From IMG/VR virus record IMGVR_UViG_3300025407_001359: 64,000 nt of DNA, one strand, 5' to 3'. Numbering within the stretch: position 1 is the first letter of the stretch; each line of letters opens with the position of its first letter. The position numbers and the translations under genes were made by a program. This document shows positions 29,893-38,336 of this stretch, in pieces. The stretch comes from a virus. The notes under the pieces were generated by a model that saw only the letters and a list, made by a program, of their open reading frames with translations, was not told where the DNA came from and ran no database searches.

Positions 29893-30551
29893 TGAATCCT
29901 ATAATCTATCTGGGCTTTGGCGATAGCTGGGCCTACGGTGATGAATTGGATCTCTCACGAGAGTTTCCATACATTGCAGTATTGGCCAAACACCGTGGAT
30001 CTACTTATAGCAATTATGCTCGTCCTGGCACCAGTTTGCCACAATTGGTAATTCAACTACGCAAGTTTCTCAAAGAAAATCACAATCCTGCCAATCGCTA
30101 TTGTGCAGTATTTTTCCTCACAGCCAAAGAACGATCTTTTGTGTATCATCAACAGGTAGATCAAGCATTTAATCCGCGCGGTATTTTTCCTCCCGATCCA
30201 GTTGCCGACGAATTAACAAAAATGAATGACCTGTACTACAAGTATTTTTATTCCGACGAATCAGCTGATTATCAAGCCAACGTCACCTTGCTGGTATTGC
30301 AGAGTCTTTGTCGGCAGTACAACATACAAGATTACTACTTGCCGGGTTGGCAAAACAACACATTCTGGCCCGAAGTTGATCGTGCTAGAATCTACCACAC
30401 CACTTGCCAAGAACTGTTGAATTTGGAAATGGATCGGCACGGATGTGCTTTAAAAAACAATCCGTATTTTACTCCCAACATTTCTCACCCAAATCAAATG
30501 GGACACGAAAAAATAGCCAATGCGTTGCACAATTGGATTTCAAATAATTGA
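29892..30551 (+). CDS. SGNH/GDSL-like hydrolase, paralogue 3
   Basis: GFGDSW, PGTS, terminal SHPNQMGHEKIA. Confidence 0.65.
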   Translation: MNPIIYLGFGDSWAYGDELDLSREFPYIAVLAKHRGSTYSNYARPGTSLPQLVIQLRKFLKENHNPANRYCAVFFLTAKERSFVYHQQVDQAFNPRGIFPPDPVADELTKMNDLYYKYFYSDESADYQANVTLLVLQSLCRQYNIQDYYLPGWQNNTFWPEVDRARIYHTTCQELLNLEMDRHGCALKNNPYFTPNISHPNQMGHEKIANALHNWISNN

Positions 30552-30582
30552 TTTAAATTGAAAATTCGTGTATAAATATATT

Positions 30583-30635
30583 TGTAGTGCCGATAGTCGG
30601 GCTACACATTTAGTCATTAACTTGCTTAAAAGGAG
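30583..30635 (+). promoter_or_regulatory. Structured 5' leader of hsp20 (shared motif, copy 1)
   Basis: UGUAGU-G(bulge)-CCGA-UAG-UCGG-GCUACA hairpin, then UUGCUUAAAAGGAG; preceded by TTGATT-17-TATAAATA. Confidence 0.6.
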
Positions 30636-30641
30636 AAAAAT

Positions 30642-31094
30642 ATGACACAATTACAAATCCACACCCTTGATTTACCTGCATTCGTAAACCAGATTCATCG
30701 CCAGACCATTGGCTTTGACAGTTTATTTGAACAGCTGAATCGCAATTTTGCCAACAGCAAAAGCGACAACTACCCGCCACACAATGTGGTCAAGCTGGAT
30801 GACACTCACTATGTTATCGAAGTGGCCGTTGCTGGTTTTGCTGAAGATGAAATTGATGTTGAATTAAAAGACAACGTCTTAACTGTACGAGGCGAACAAG
30901 CCAAACGTGAAACCGAAGTTGAGTACTTGCACAAAGGTATCAGTGCTAGAAACTTTACTCGTACCTTCCCATTGGCCGAACACATTGAAGTACGTGGTGC
31001 CACAGTTAAGAATGGTATTTTGGCCATTGCTTTGGAACAAGTGGTTCCAGAAGAAGACAAGCCTAAAAAAATTGCCATTACATTTGCAAAATAA
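30642..31094 (+). CDS. Small heat-shock protein Hsp20 (IbpA-like)
   Basis: YPPHNVVK, IEVAVAGF, YLHKGISARNF.R.F.L, NGILAI. Confidence 0.95.
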   Translation: MTQLQIHTLDLPAFVNQIHRQTIGFDSLFEQLNRNFANSKSDNYPPHNVVKLDDTHYVIEVAVAGFAEDEIDVELKDNVLTVRGEQAKRETEVEYLHKGISARNFTRTFPLAEHIEVRGATVKNGILAIALEQVVPEEDKPKKIAITFAK

Positions 31095-31110
31095 GCTGTA
31101 AGGCTGTATA

Positions 31111-31144
31111 ATAAAGGGAAAGGTACTTCTTTCCCTTTATTTTT
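31111..31144 (+). terminator. Intrinsic terminator
   Basis: Perfect 12-bp stem ATAAAGGGAAAG/CTTTCCCTTTAT, then TTTT. Confidence 0.8.
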
Positions 31145-31147
31145 AAT

Positions 31148-31480
31148 ATGAGCGAAACTTTAATGTCAAAAACCAAAACACACATAGAAATACGTCCACG
31201 TATTGAGCCCAAACTCAACATACAGGAACCACCACAATTCCGTGTTATCTATATCAATGATGAAACAACTACACAAGAGTTTGTAGTTGAAACACTCAAG
31301 GTAATATTCAATTATGACCAAGGTGCCGCTGAAGCATTGACGATGCAAGTACACGAGGAAGGATCGGCTGTGGTAGCGGTATTGCCGTATGAAATGGCCG
31401 AACAAAAAGGCATTGAAGTTACCATGCTGGCTCGCAACAACGGATTCCCTTTACAAGTCAAAATTGAACAAGACGTATGA
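31148..31480 (+). CDS. clpS: Clp protease adaptor ClpS
   Basis: PPQFRVIYINDETTTQEFVV, MQVH..G.AVV, AEQK, GFPL. Confidence 0.9.
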   Translation: MSETLMSKTKTHIEIRPRIEPKLNIQEPPQFRVIYINDETTTQEFVVETLKVIFNYDQGAAEALTMQVHEEGSAVVAVLPYEMAEQKGIEVTMLARNNGFPLQVKIEQDV

Positions 31481-31953
31481 TTTTCAACCACGTTAAAAAG
31501 CTCAAGGCCGAAGGCAAGCGCATTGGTATTACCTTTAGTACCTTTGATATGCTACACGCAGGACATATTGCTATGCTGGCCGAAGCAAAGAATCATTGCG
31601 ATTACTTGATTGCTGGCTTGCAAACAGATCCCACTATTGATCGTCCCGATACCAAGAATAAACCGGTACAGAGCATTGTGGAACGCCAAATCCAATTGGC
31701 TGCTTGTCGTTATGTAGACGAAGTGGTAGTTTATCAAACTGAACAGGATTTGATCGACTTGCTCTTAATTCTGCCTATTGATGTTCGTGTACTAGGTGTT
31801 GAATACGAAAACAAAGCATACACCGGCGAGCAAGAAGGATTTGTACGTGGTATTCGACCAATCTTTAATCGTCGTGATCATTCGTTCTCCAGTTCAGGGT
31901 TACGTACACGTGTAGTTGAAGCAGAATCAATGAAGCTCCTAAAAGGAAAATAA
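31477..31953 (+). CDS. Cytidylyltransferase-like (HxGH) protein
   Basis: TFDMLHAGH, ER..QLAACRYVDEV, SSSGLR. Confidence 0.85.
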   Translation: MIFNHVKKLKAEGKRIGITFSTFDMLHAGHIAMLAEAKNHCDYLIAGLQTDPTIDRPDTKNKPVQSIVERQIQLAACRYVDEVVVYQTEQDLIDLLLILPIDVRVLGVEYENKAYTGEQEGFVRGIRPIFNRRDHSFSSSGLRTRVVEAESMKLLKGK

Positions 31954-32165
31954 TGTTTAAAGAAACCAACTATCGCAGTCTATTCAAAGCCATAACCTGG
32001 CGTCTTACCACTAGTGTTTTGACTTTTGGCGTAAGCTATATGGTTACCGGTAGCCTAGGCGGTTCGGGTAAAATTGCCGGAATCTTGTTTATAGTAAATT
32101 CCATCTGGTATTTTACTCACGAACGTTTATGGAACACACGTCAAGTGGGCAAACTTGCCGAATAA
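31953..32165 (+). CDS. DUF2061-like small membrane protein
   Basis: KAITWRL...YFTHERLW. Confidence 0.7.
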   Translation: MFKETNYRSLFKAITWRLTTSVLTFGVSYMVTGSLGGSGKIAGILFIVNSIWYFTHERLWNTRQVGKLAE

Positions 32166-32201
32166 GTCGACTTTTAATCAACAATACAGTATAATAGCAT
32201 T

Positions 32202-32756
32202 ATGGACGTAATGCTCGATTTAGAATCTCTAGGAACCAGACCCGACTGTGCCATTCTCACCTTGGGTGCCGTCAAGTTTGACCCATACGTTGTGGACAGT
32301 TTTGGTGCCAGCCTATACTTCCGCATTGATGTTGACGAACAGCTGGCTCTGGGCAGAGAGGTACAAGAGGACACACTACGATGGTGGAGTACTCAAAGTA
32401 GTGATGTGTATGACGAAGCATTCAGCGAACGCGATCGGGTTAGCCTAGAATCAATGTACCGACAGTTGAATAAATTTCTAGTGGGTGTGGAAAACATCTG
32501 GTGTCAAGGTCCTGCGTTTGACATTGTTATCCTAGAAAATATCTATCGTCAACAGGGCTGGCCCACTCCGTGGCAGTTCTGGCAGATCCGTGATAGTCGT
32601 ACCTTGTTTGGTGTACACGGCGATCCAAGAGAAAAGAACAAGGCCGGCTTGCACAATGCTCTAGAAGATTGCATTAGCCAAGCACAAGGCGTACAAGAAA
32701 TATATCGCAGTTTAAAGTTAGAGAAAAGAACTTATGCAAATAGTGTGGCATCCTGA
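32202..32756 (+). CDS. DEDDh 3'-5' exonuclease (Rv2179c-like exoribonuclease)
   Basis: DVMLDLESLGT, GPAFD, HNALED; promoter TCGACT-17-TATAAT at 32167-32195. Confidence 0.85.
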   Translation: MDVMLDLESLGTRPDCAILTLGAVKFDPYVVDSFGASLYFRIDVDEQLALGREVQEDTLRWWSTQSSDVYDEAFSERDRVSLESMYRQLNKFLVGVENIWCQGPAFDIVILENIYRQQGWPTPWQFWQIRDSRTLFGVHGDPREKNKAGLHNALEDCISQAQGVQEIYRSLKLEKRTYANSVAS

Positions 32757-33063
32757 AGCAGTTGAAAAATTACGTGGCGTTCATACTGTGTTGGAATTGG
32801 AATCATTCGCAGTCAACGGGGAAATGCTACGAGCCTGGTGCATTGTACCCCCAGAAAAAATTGGTCTTGACGGATTGGCATCTTTGCCGGCGTTGAAAGA
32901 TCTACACGCAAAATTGATAGAGGCCTGGAAAGCCAAAGACCTGCGCTTGTGCGAGGACATCATTCCGCATCTAACCGGCAAATTTGGTGGTGAGCTAGAT
33001 TCTTTTTACGAAGAATTAACAAAAAAAATCACAAACATCAAAAATGAATCCGTCAATTCTTAA
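32734..33063 (+). CDS. Hypothetical protein
   Basis: 109-aa ORF in operon. Confidence 0.6.
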   Translation: MQIVWHPEAVEKLRGVHTVLELESFAVNGEMLRAWCIVPPEKIGLDGLASLPALKDLHAKLIEAWKAKDLRLCEDIIPHLTGKFGGELDSFYEELTKKITNIKNESVNS

Positions 33064-34192
33064 TTCTGTTTATGGTTACTACAAGGTCGGCGATCAGTAT
33101 TACATAAACAAAACAGAGGCGCTGTACAACGCCACCAAAAACAAACAGTCAGCCGAGTGGCACTTTCACGAAGATGTGTACGGCAAGATAGACTGGAGTT
33201 CAAGACCGGCTGGTACATTGGACGATCTCTATAGAGAACGAGCACAACAAATACGTGACCGATACGACTACATAATTTTGTTGTTCAGTGGTGGTATGGA
33301 TTCGTGGGCAATGCTGGAAGCTTTCTTGATCAATGGAATACACATCGACGAAATAGTCACACGCTGGCCCAGAGCTGAACGCAAGTTTGTCAAAGTCGGT
33401 ACCAATAGAGATCAAATCAATATGGGCAGTGAATATGAATTTGCTGTACACCCAGTTCTGAAGTACGTAGAAAAACATTGTCCTGATACAAAAATTACAG
33501 TAGACGATTTTAGCGAGTGTTTTCACCAAGAGCTGACCGAAGCTGATTTTATGAAGACCAACGGTTGGCAGTTCTTGGCAAACTTTTTCAAGTACAGTCG
33601 CAGTACAGAATCAGAACTGGAACAAGTACGACATCATCGCTCTATTGGATTGATCAGTGGCAGTGAAAAAATACATTTGATGTCCAAGAACAATAATCTG
33701 TATGCGTTCTTTACTGATCAAAGCAATGGCGGGGACAACAACCCAAACAGAAAAATGGAATTTTTTTACTGGTCGGTTGACGCTCCACTAATACCAGTGC
33801 TACAATCTCATTGTATTAAAGATTTTTTAGTAGAACAACAACGGATCAATCCTGAAAAACTAAAACTAATGATAGACGATTGGCGCACAATCTATCAGCA
33901 AGTATGCTATCCTAGATACAGCATTGACACATTCCAAGTTAAAAAACAATTTGGCTCACGTGTTTGGCAAAGTGATGCGTGGACTTATCAATATAGTCCT
34001 ACCTACTACCACAGCTGGAAGTGGCTTACAGATCAATACTTTGACAACATTGATGATCAGTATATTGCAAGATTAAATGATGTACCTACTGCACCCAAAG
34101 GCTCAAACAATATGATAGTGGGGTTAAATCTGTTCAATAGCCCGTTGTATCTAGTGAGTCAAAACACAAATCTCCCCGAGTTCAAACGATAA
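33044..34192 (+). CDS. PP-loop (adenine nucleotide alpha-hydrolase) ATPase-like enzyme
   Basis: IILLFSGGMDS (SGGxDS). Confidence 0.65.
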   Translation: MNPSILNSVYGYYKVGDQYYINKTEALYNATKNKQSAEWHFHEDVYGKIDWSSRPAGTLDDLYRERAQQIRDRYDYIILLFSGGMDSWAMLEAFLINGIHIDEIVTRWPRAERKFVKVGTNRDQINMGSEYEFAVHPVLKYVEKHCPDTKITVDDFSECFHQELTEADFMKTNGWQFLANFFKYSRSTESELEQVRHHRSIGLISGSEKIHLMSKNNNLYAFFTDQSNGGDNNPNRKMEFFYWSVDAPLIPVLQSHCIKDFLVEQQRINPEKLKLMIDDWRTIYQQVCYPRYSIDTFQVKKQFGSRVWQSDAWTYQYSPTYYHSWKWLTDQYFDNIDDQYIARLNDVPTAPKGSNNMIVGLNLFNSPLYLVSQNTNLPEFKR

Positions 34193-34300
34193 TTACACCC
34201 AGATAATCATTCCTCCTACTTTAGTTAAATACTAATAAGCATTATGGCACCTAGACCATAATAACCCTATAATAAAAATAATAATAAGGGAGTAGGAGCA

Positions 34301-34777
34301 ATGCGTTTTATCAAACAAGCTATCACAGCTTTTCTAACCGCAACCGCATTTTCAGCAGTGGCGACCCCTATTAACGACTACAGTTTCAAAAGCCCAAGCC
34401 TAAACGGGTCTGGATACGGTGCCTTCCAATTGGGCTTGGAAAACGAACAATACACACGACAACAGGCAGTGGCTGCATCAATCAAGGCTGCTGCAGATGC
34501 TGCTGCCGCTGCCGCACAAAACACTCCCTTGCAACAATTTTTAACCAACTTAGAGTCACGAATCTACGCACAAATCAGTCAGAACGTGGCCACCAGTATG
34601 TTCAGCACACCGGGACAAGTACAGCCCGGGCAGATAGCTTTTGGTGCTGGACAAATATCTTGGGGACAGGTAATCTTGCCCGGTGGCGGACAAGGAATAC
34701 AGTTGCACGTGTTTGATGGTATGAATACTACAACTATCAACGTTCCGATGGGACAATTTACTCCGGGTGGCAATTGA
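34301..34777 (+). CDS. csgF: Curli assembly protein CsgF-like
   Basis: Signal peptide; YSFKSPSLNG, LQQFLTNLESRIYAQIS, IQLHV..G..TTINVP follow the CsgF pattern; upstream of csgG. Confidence 0.8.
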   Translation: MRFIKQAITAFLTATAFSAVATPINDYSFKSPSLNGSGYGAFQLGLENEQYTRQQAVAASIKAAADAAAAAAQNTPLQQFLTNLESRIYAQISQNVATSMFSTPGQVQPGQIAFGAGQISWGQVILPGGGQGIQLHVFDGMNTTTINVPMGQFTPGGN

Positions 34778-36063
34778 TGAAACGAATCTTAATTTTATCC
34801 GCTCTCATTTTAGCCCTGTCTGGTTGTGCCGTTAGCCAGAAAGTGGGTATCTTGGAAGAAAAACCCAAGTTGATGAAACAGGAAATGATCAAAGAACTTG
34901 ACTCAGTTCCGCCTCCTGCCAAAGGACGCCTAACTGTAGCAGTCTACAACTTTAGCGACAAGACCGGACAGCGTAAAGCAACCCCAGGTGTGGCCAGTTT
35001 CAGTACAGCAGTCACACAAGGTGGTGATGCACTATTGATACGTGCCTTACAAGACGTAGGACACGGTACTTGGTTTGATGTTGTAGAACGTGGCAACATA
35101 GATGCCTTGACCAAGGAACGCTTGATCATTACACAGATGCGTCAGGCCTATGAAGGTGCCAATGCACAGAAACTGATGCCATTACAGTTTGCCGGTATCA
35201 TCATTGAAGGTGGTATCATTGGCTACGATTCAGGCCTAGAGTCCGGCGGTGTGGGCTACAACTTCTTGGGTATTGGGCCTACCACACAGTATTCAAAAGA
35301 TGTAATTACAATTAGCTTACGTGCTGTGTCGGTAAACACCGGCAAGATACTTGCTACCATTGCTGTGACAAAAACAGTTTACTCAACCGCAGACTCAATC
35401 GCCATATTTAAGAGTGTAGATCCAGGTGGAAGCATAAGCGACCTGGTCAAACAGATAGGTGCACCCAACACTGGCAGTCAAAGTGCCATAGCCGGTATAT
35501 TCCAATTTGAATCTGGCATTACCATCAACGAAGCCACAACCATAGCACTCAAAGCCGCTGTGGAAAGTGCTGTGGTAGAATTGATCAAAGAAGGCGAACG
35601 TAAAGGTGTATGGGAATACAGATATCCATTGACACCTGAACGGGCCTGGTACGACTTTACCAAAGACAAACCACAGCCAACATTGACACCCACACCAGTG
35701 CCGGCTGTTGCAACACCAGTTCAACCTGTAGTGCAAGTTGAAAAAAAGAACAGTTTGATAGACTCTACCCGAGTATATACAAACAAATCAAATTTGAACG
35801 GACCCAGTTATGGCCTATACCATACCTATCCCAAAAATACAGTAGTAACAGTAGTGCCAACAGAGTTTAATGATGTTGTAGAAATAACCACACCCGACGG
35901 TAAACGGGGTTACGTTAAATCTACACAAATTAAAGAAGAAGTATTGTCGCCACGACCATCGACTAACCCGGTCACGGAACCTGCAATTCCGTTGGGCCCA
36001 TCAAAGAAAGAAGATGTTCCGGCAGACCAAGCAGCAAAAGAAGGAGTAATACCGGCGAAGTAG
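34777..36063 (+). CDS. csgG: Curli secretion channel CsgG lipoprotein with C-terminal SH3b-like domain
   Basis: Lipobox LSGC; AVYNFSDKTGQRK, STAVTQG, WFDVVERG.IDALTKER.II, IEGGIIGYD, ISLRAVSVNTG. Confidence 0.93.
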   Translation: MKRILILSALILALSGCAVSQKVGILEEKPKLMKQEMIKELDSVPPPAKGRLTVAVYNFSDKTGQRKATPGVASFSTAVTQGGDALLIRALQDVGHGTWFDVVERGNIDALTKERLIITQMRQAYEGANAQKLMPLQFAGIIIEGGIIGYDSGLESGGVGYNFLGIGPTTQYSKDVITISLRAVSVNTGKILATIAVTKTVYSTADSIAIFKSVDPGGSISDLVKQIGAPNTGSQSAIAGIFQFESGITINEATTIALKAAVESAVVELIKEGERKGVWEYRYPLTPERAWYDFTKDKPQPTLTPTPVPAVATPVQPVVQVEKKNSLIDSTRVYTNKSNLNGPSYGLYHTYPKNTVVTVVPTEFNDVVEITTPDGKRGYVKSTQIKEEVLSPRPSTNPVTEPAIPLGPSKKEDVPADQAAKEGVIPAK

Positions 36064-36106
36064 TAGGAGTCGCAGGACAAGGGCCAAGGGCCAAGGAAAG
36101 AACAAA

Positions 36107-37033
36107 ATGAAATATAGACTAGCTAAAATAATAACAGTAGTGCTAGGTCTTGTATGTACAGGTGTTTATGCTGCCGACGACAGTATCTACATCAATCAAT
36201 CAGGTAGCAATTCAACTATTAACATGACCCAGAATGGAGCCAGTAACGTGGTTGAAGGAATTCAAGGTACCGGCACGGGAACAACTACACCCGCAATCAT
36301 TACCGGTAACAACAATACTGTGAATGTGAGCCAAGTTGGTAGTGGCAATACTTTGCAGTTGGGGCTTCAGACAGGCACAGCCAACTCGGGTCAAAATACT
36401 GGGTCGGGATCAGGCAATAATTTTACCTATAATGTGACCGGTGACAATGCCACTGCCATTATTAACAGTAATAACGCAGGTACTACAGGTGCCAGCCAAA
36501 GCAACAATATCACTGTTAATCAAACAGGTAATACTGCCAACTTGAATGTTAACCTACTAGGTTCAAACAATAACTTTACAGCAACAACCTCGGGCGGTGC
36601 AAGTAACTCGGTAGTGGCCACTGTAAAAGGATCTGGTACTAACGATCAGATCTCAATGACTGGTGGTGCCAACAACAGCTTGACTTTGAATCAAGGTGTA
36701 AACACTCAAGTGGTAACAGGTACACAAGTCAACGTACAAAGTGTAGGTGCTAACAACACTTATAATTTGAATCAGGACGGTGGTACCAATGGTAACAATA
36801 TCACTATTGGTGGATACAATGCCACAGGTCTTACTGTGAGTGGTGCCGCAGTTGGTAACGGTAACAGTTACACCGTGACGCAATCGGGTAACTATGACAA
36901 CACCTTAATCCTGGGCGTAACTGGTGGTAGCAACACATTTGGTATTACACAAACAGCCACTGGTGGCAACAACGTGACCAATATACAAACAAATGGTAGC
37001 AACAACTCTTGGACTGTACACCAAACACGTTAA
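36107..37033 (+). CDS. Curlin-repeat protein (CsgA/CsgB-like subunit)
   Basis: Signal peptide; many alternating-hydrophobe repeats with Q-x-G..N (INQSGSNSTINMTQNG, VSQVGSGNTL, VTQSGNYDNTL). Confidence 0.75.
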   Translation: MKYRLAKIITVVLGLVCTGVYAADDSIYINQSGSNSTINMTQNGASNVVEGIQGTGTGTTTPAIITGNNNTVNVSQVGSGNTLQLGLQTGTANSGQNTGSGSGNNFTYNVTGDNATAIINSNNAGTTGASQSNNITVNQTGNTANLNVNLLGSNNNFTATTSGGASNSVVATVKGSGTNDQISMTGGANNSLTLNQGVNTQVVTGTQVNVQSVGANNTYNLNQDGGTNGNNITIGGYNATGLTVSGAAVGNGNSYTVTQSGNYDNTLILGVTGGSNTFGITQTATGGNNVTNIQTNGSNNSWTVHQTR

Positions 37034-37034
37034 T

Positions 37035-37205
37035 ATGGATAGACGTTTTTTAGAGATTATGTATCAACAGTGGCAACAAGGCATGACAGATTATGCCAAC
37101 CGCTGGATAGATTTTGTAGAAATGGCAGCTCGTGTCAATGGAACGACTGCTGATCAAATAATGAAAGAGTTACAAAAATGCAGCTGGTTTATAAAGGGAG
37201 ACTGA
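37035..37205 (+). CDS. Small hypothetical protein (56 aa)
   Basis: ATG 37035 directly after curlin stop. Confidence 0.55.
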   Translation: MDRRFLEIMYQQWQQGMTDYANRWIDFVEMAARVNGTTADQIMKELQKCSWFIKGD

Positions 37206-38335
37206 TATGGACAGTGGTACTATGCGCCGCCTTTGCCAGTATCTCCACGAATTGCGTAGCCGGAATCGGGACCATAACGGAACAGGTGAACACTCCGGCA
37301 CAGATTCAACGGGCAAAATCCACGTTAACTGGAACCAAGGGCACTCCAGTAGAAATGGCCGACGCAATAAACACAACAAAGGGTAAGGTCGGTATAGTAT
37401 TTGCCGATGAAACCAAGGTACAGGTAAATGAAAATTCAAAACTGGTCATTGACGAATTTGTTTACGACCCAAAAAATAAAGATGCTGGCAAGCTGGCTCT
37501 CAACATGGCCAGCGGAACAGTTCGCTACGCCTCGGGGGCGATTGCTCATAACAATCCTAATAAGGTGGCTATCAACACTCCTACTGCTACCATTGCTGTT
37601 CGCGGTACTGATTTTACTGCTACTGTGGACGAACTGGGTGAATCAACTGTAATTTTATTACCATCGTGTCCAAGAAAAGATCTACTACCAGACGAAATAG
37701 AAAGACTATGTAAGACTGGTCGTATTGATGTTATCAATGATGCCGGTACCGTTACACTGGATCAACCATTCCAAGGTACCAAAGTTACAGCTAGAAACAT
37801 AGCCCCCACAAAACCTGCCGTACTACGCTTAAACGAAGATGGTATCAGCAACATTTTGATCTTGGCACCGCCACAAGAAATCAAAAACGCAATCAAACAA
37901 AGAGAAGAAGAAAAACAACAAGCCGTAACAGCCTTGAGTCAAAACTTCTTGCAGGGTGTTGACTTAGGTAGTGTGCTGGCCGCACAGAACGCAACCTACT
38001 TGAGCAATGCATTAGAACGTAACTTTTTGGATCAAGACTTCTTGGCCAATGTGTTGACCTTGTTGAACGATCAGTTGGCTGCAGAGTTTGGAAACCTGTT
38101 GGCACCAAAAACAAACAGTTTGTTGCCTGATTATAAAAAAGAAACTGGTGTGGTAGCCACGGTTGATCCTATCAGTGTTACACTATGTCGTACAGACTCT
38201 GGCAACAACACCAGCTGCGTTACCACACCGCACGTACAGAATTCAACAGTTACACAGACACAAAGTGAAAATGTGGCTATTAAAAATCGTATCAACGCTG
38301 GTGGCAATACTTACATAAACATAAAGCAGAACTGA
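37178..38335 (+). CDS. FecR-domain periplasmic protein
   Basis: Signal/TM; IVFADETKVQVNENSKLVIDEFVYD, GTVRYASG, TPTATIAVRGTDF; exact start uncertain. Confidence 0.85.
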   Translation: MQLVYKGRLIWTVVLCAAFASISTNCVAGIGTITEQVNTPAQIQRAKSTLTGTKGTPVEMADAINTTKGKVGIVFADETKVQVNENSKLVIDEFVYDPKNKDAGKLALNMASGTVRYASGAIAHNNPNKVAINTPTATIAVRGTDFTATVDELGESTVILLPSCPRKDLLPDEIERLCKTGRIDVINDAGTVTLDQPFQGTKVTARNIAPTKPAVLRLNEDGISNILILAPPQEIKNAIKQREEEKQQAVTALSQNFLQGVDLGSVLAAQNATYLSNALERNFLDQDFLANVLTLLNDQLAAEFGNLLAPKTNSLLPDYKKETGVVATVDPISVTLCRTDSGNNTSCVTTPHVQNSTVTQTQSENVAIKNRINAGGNTYINIKQN

Positions 38336-38336
38336 T

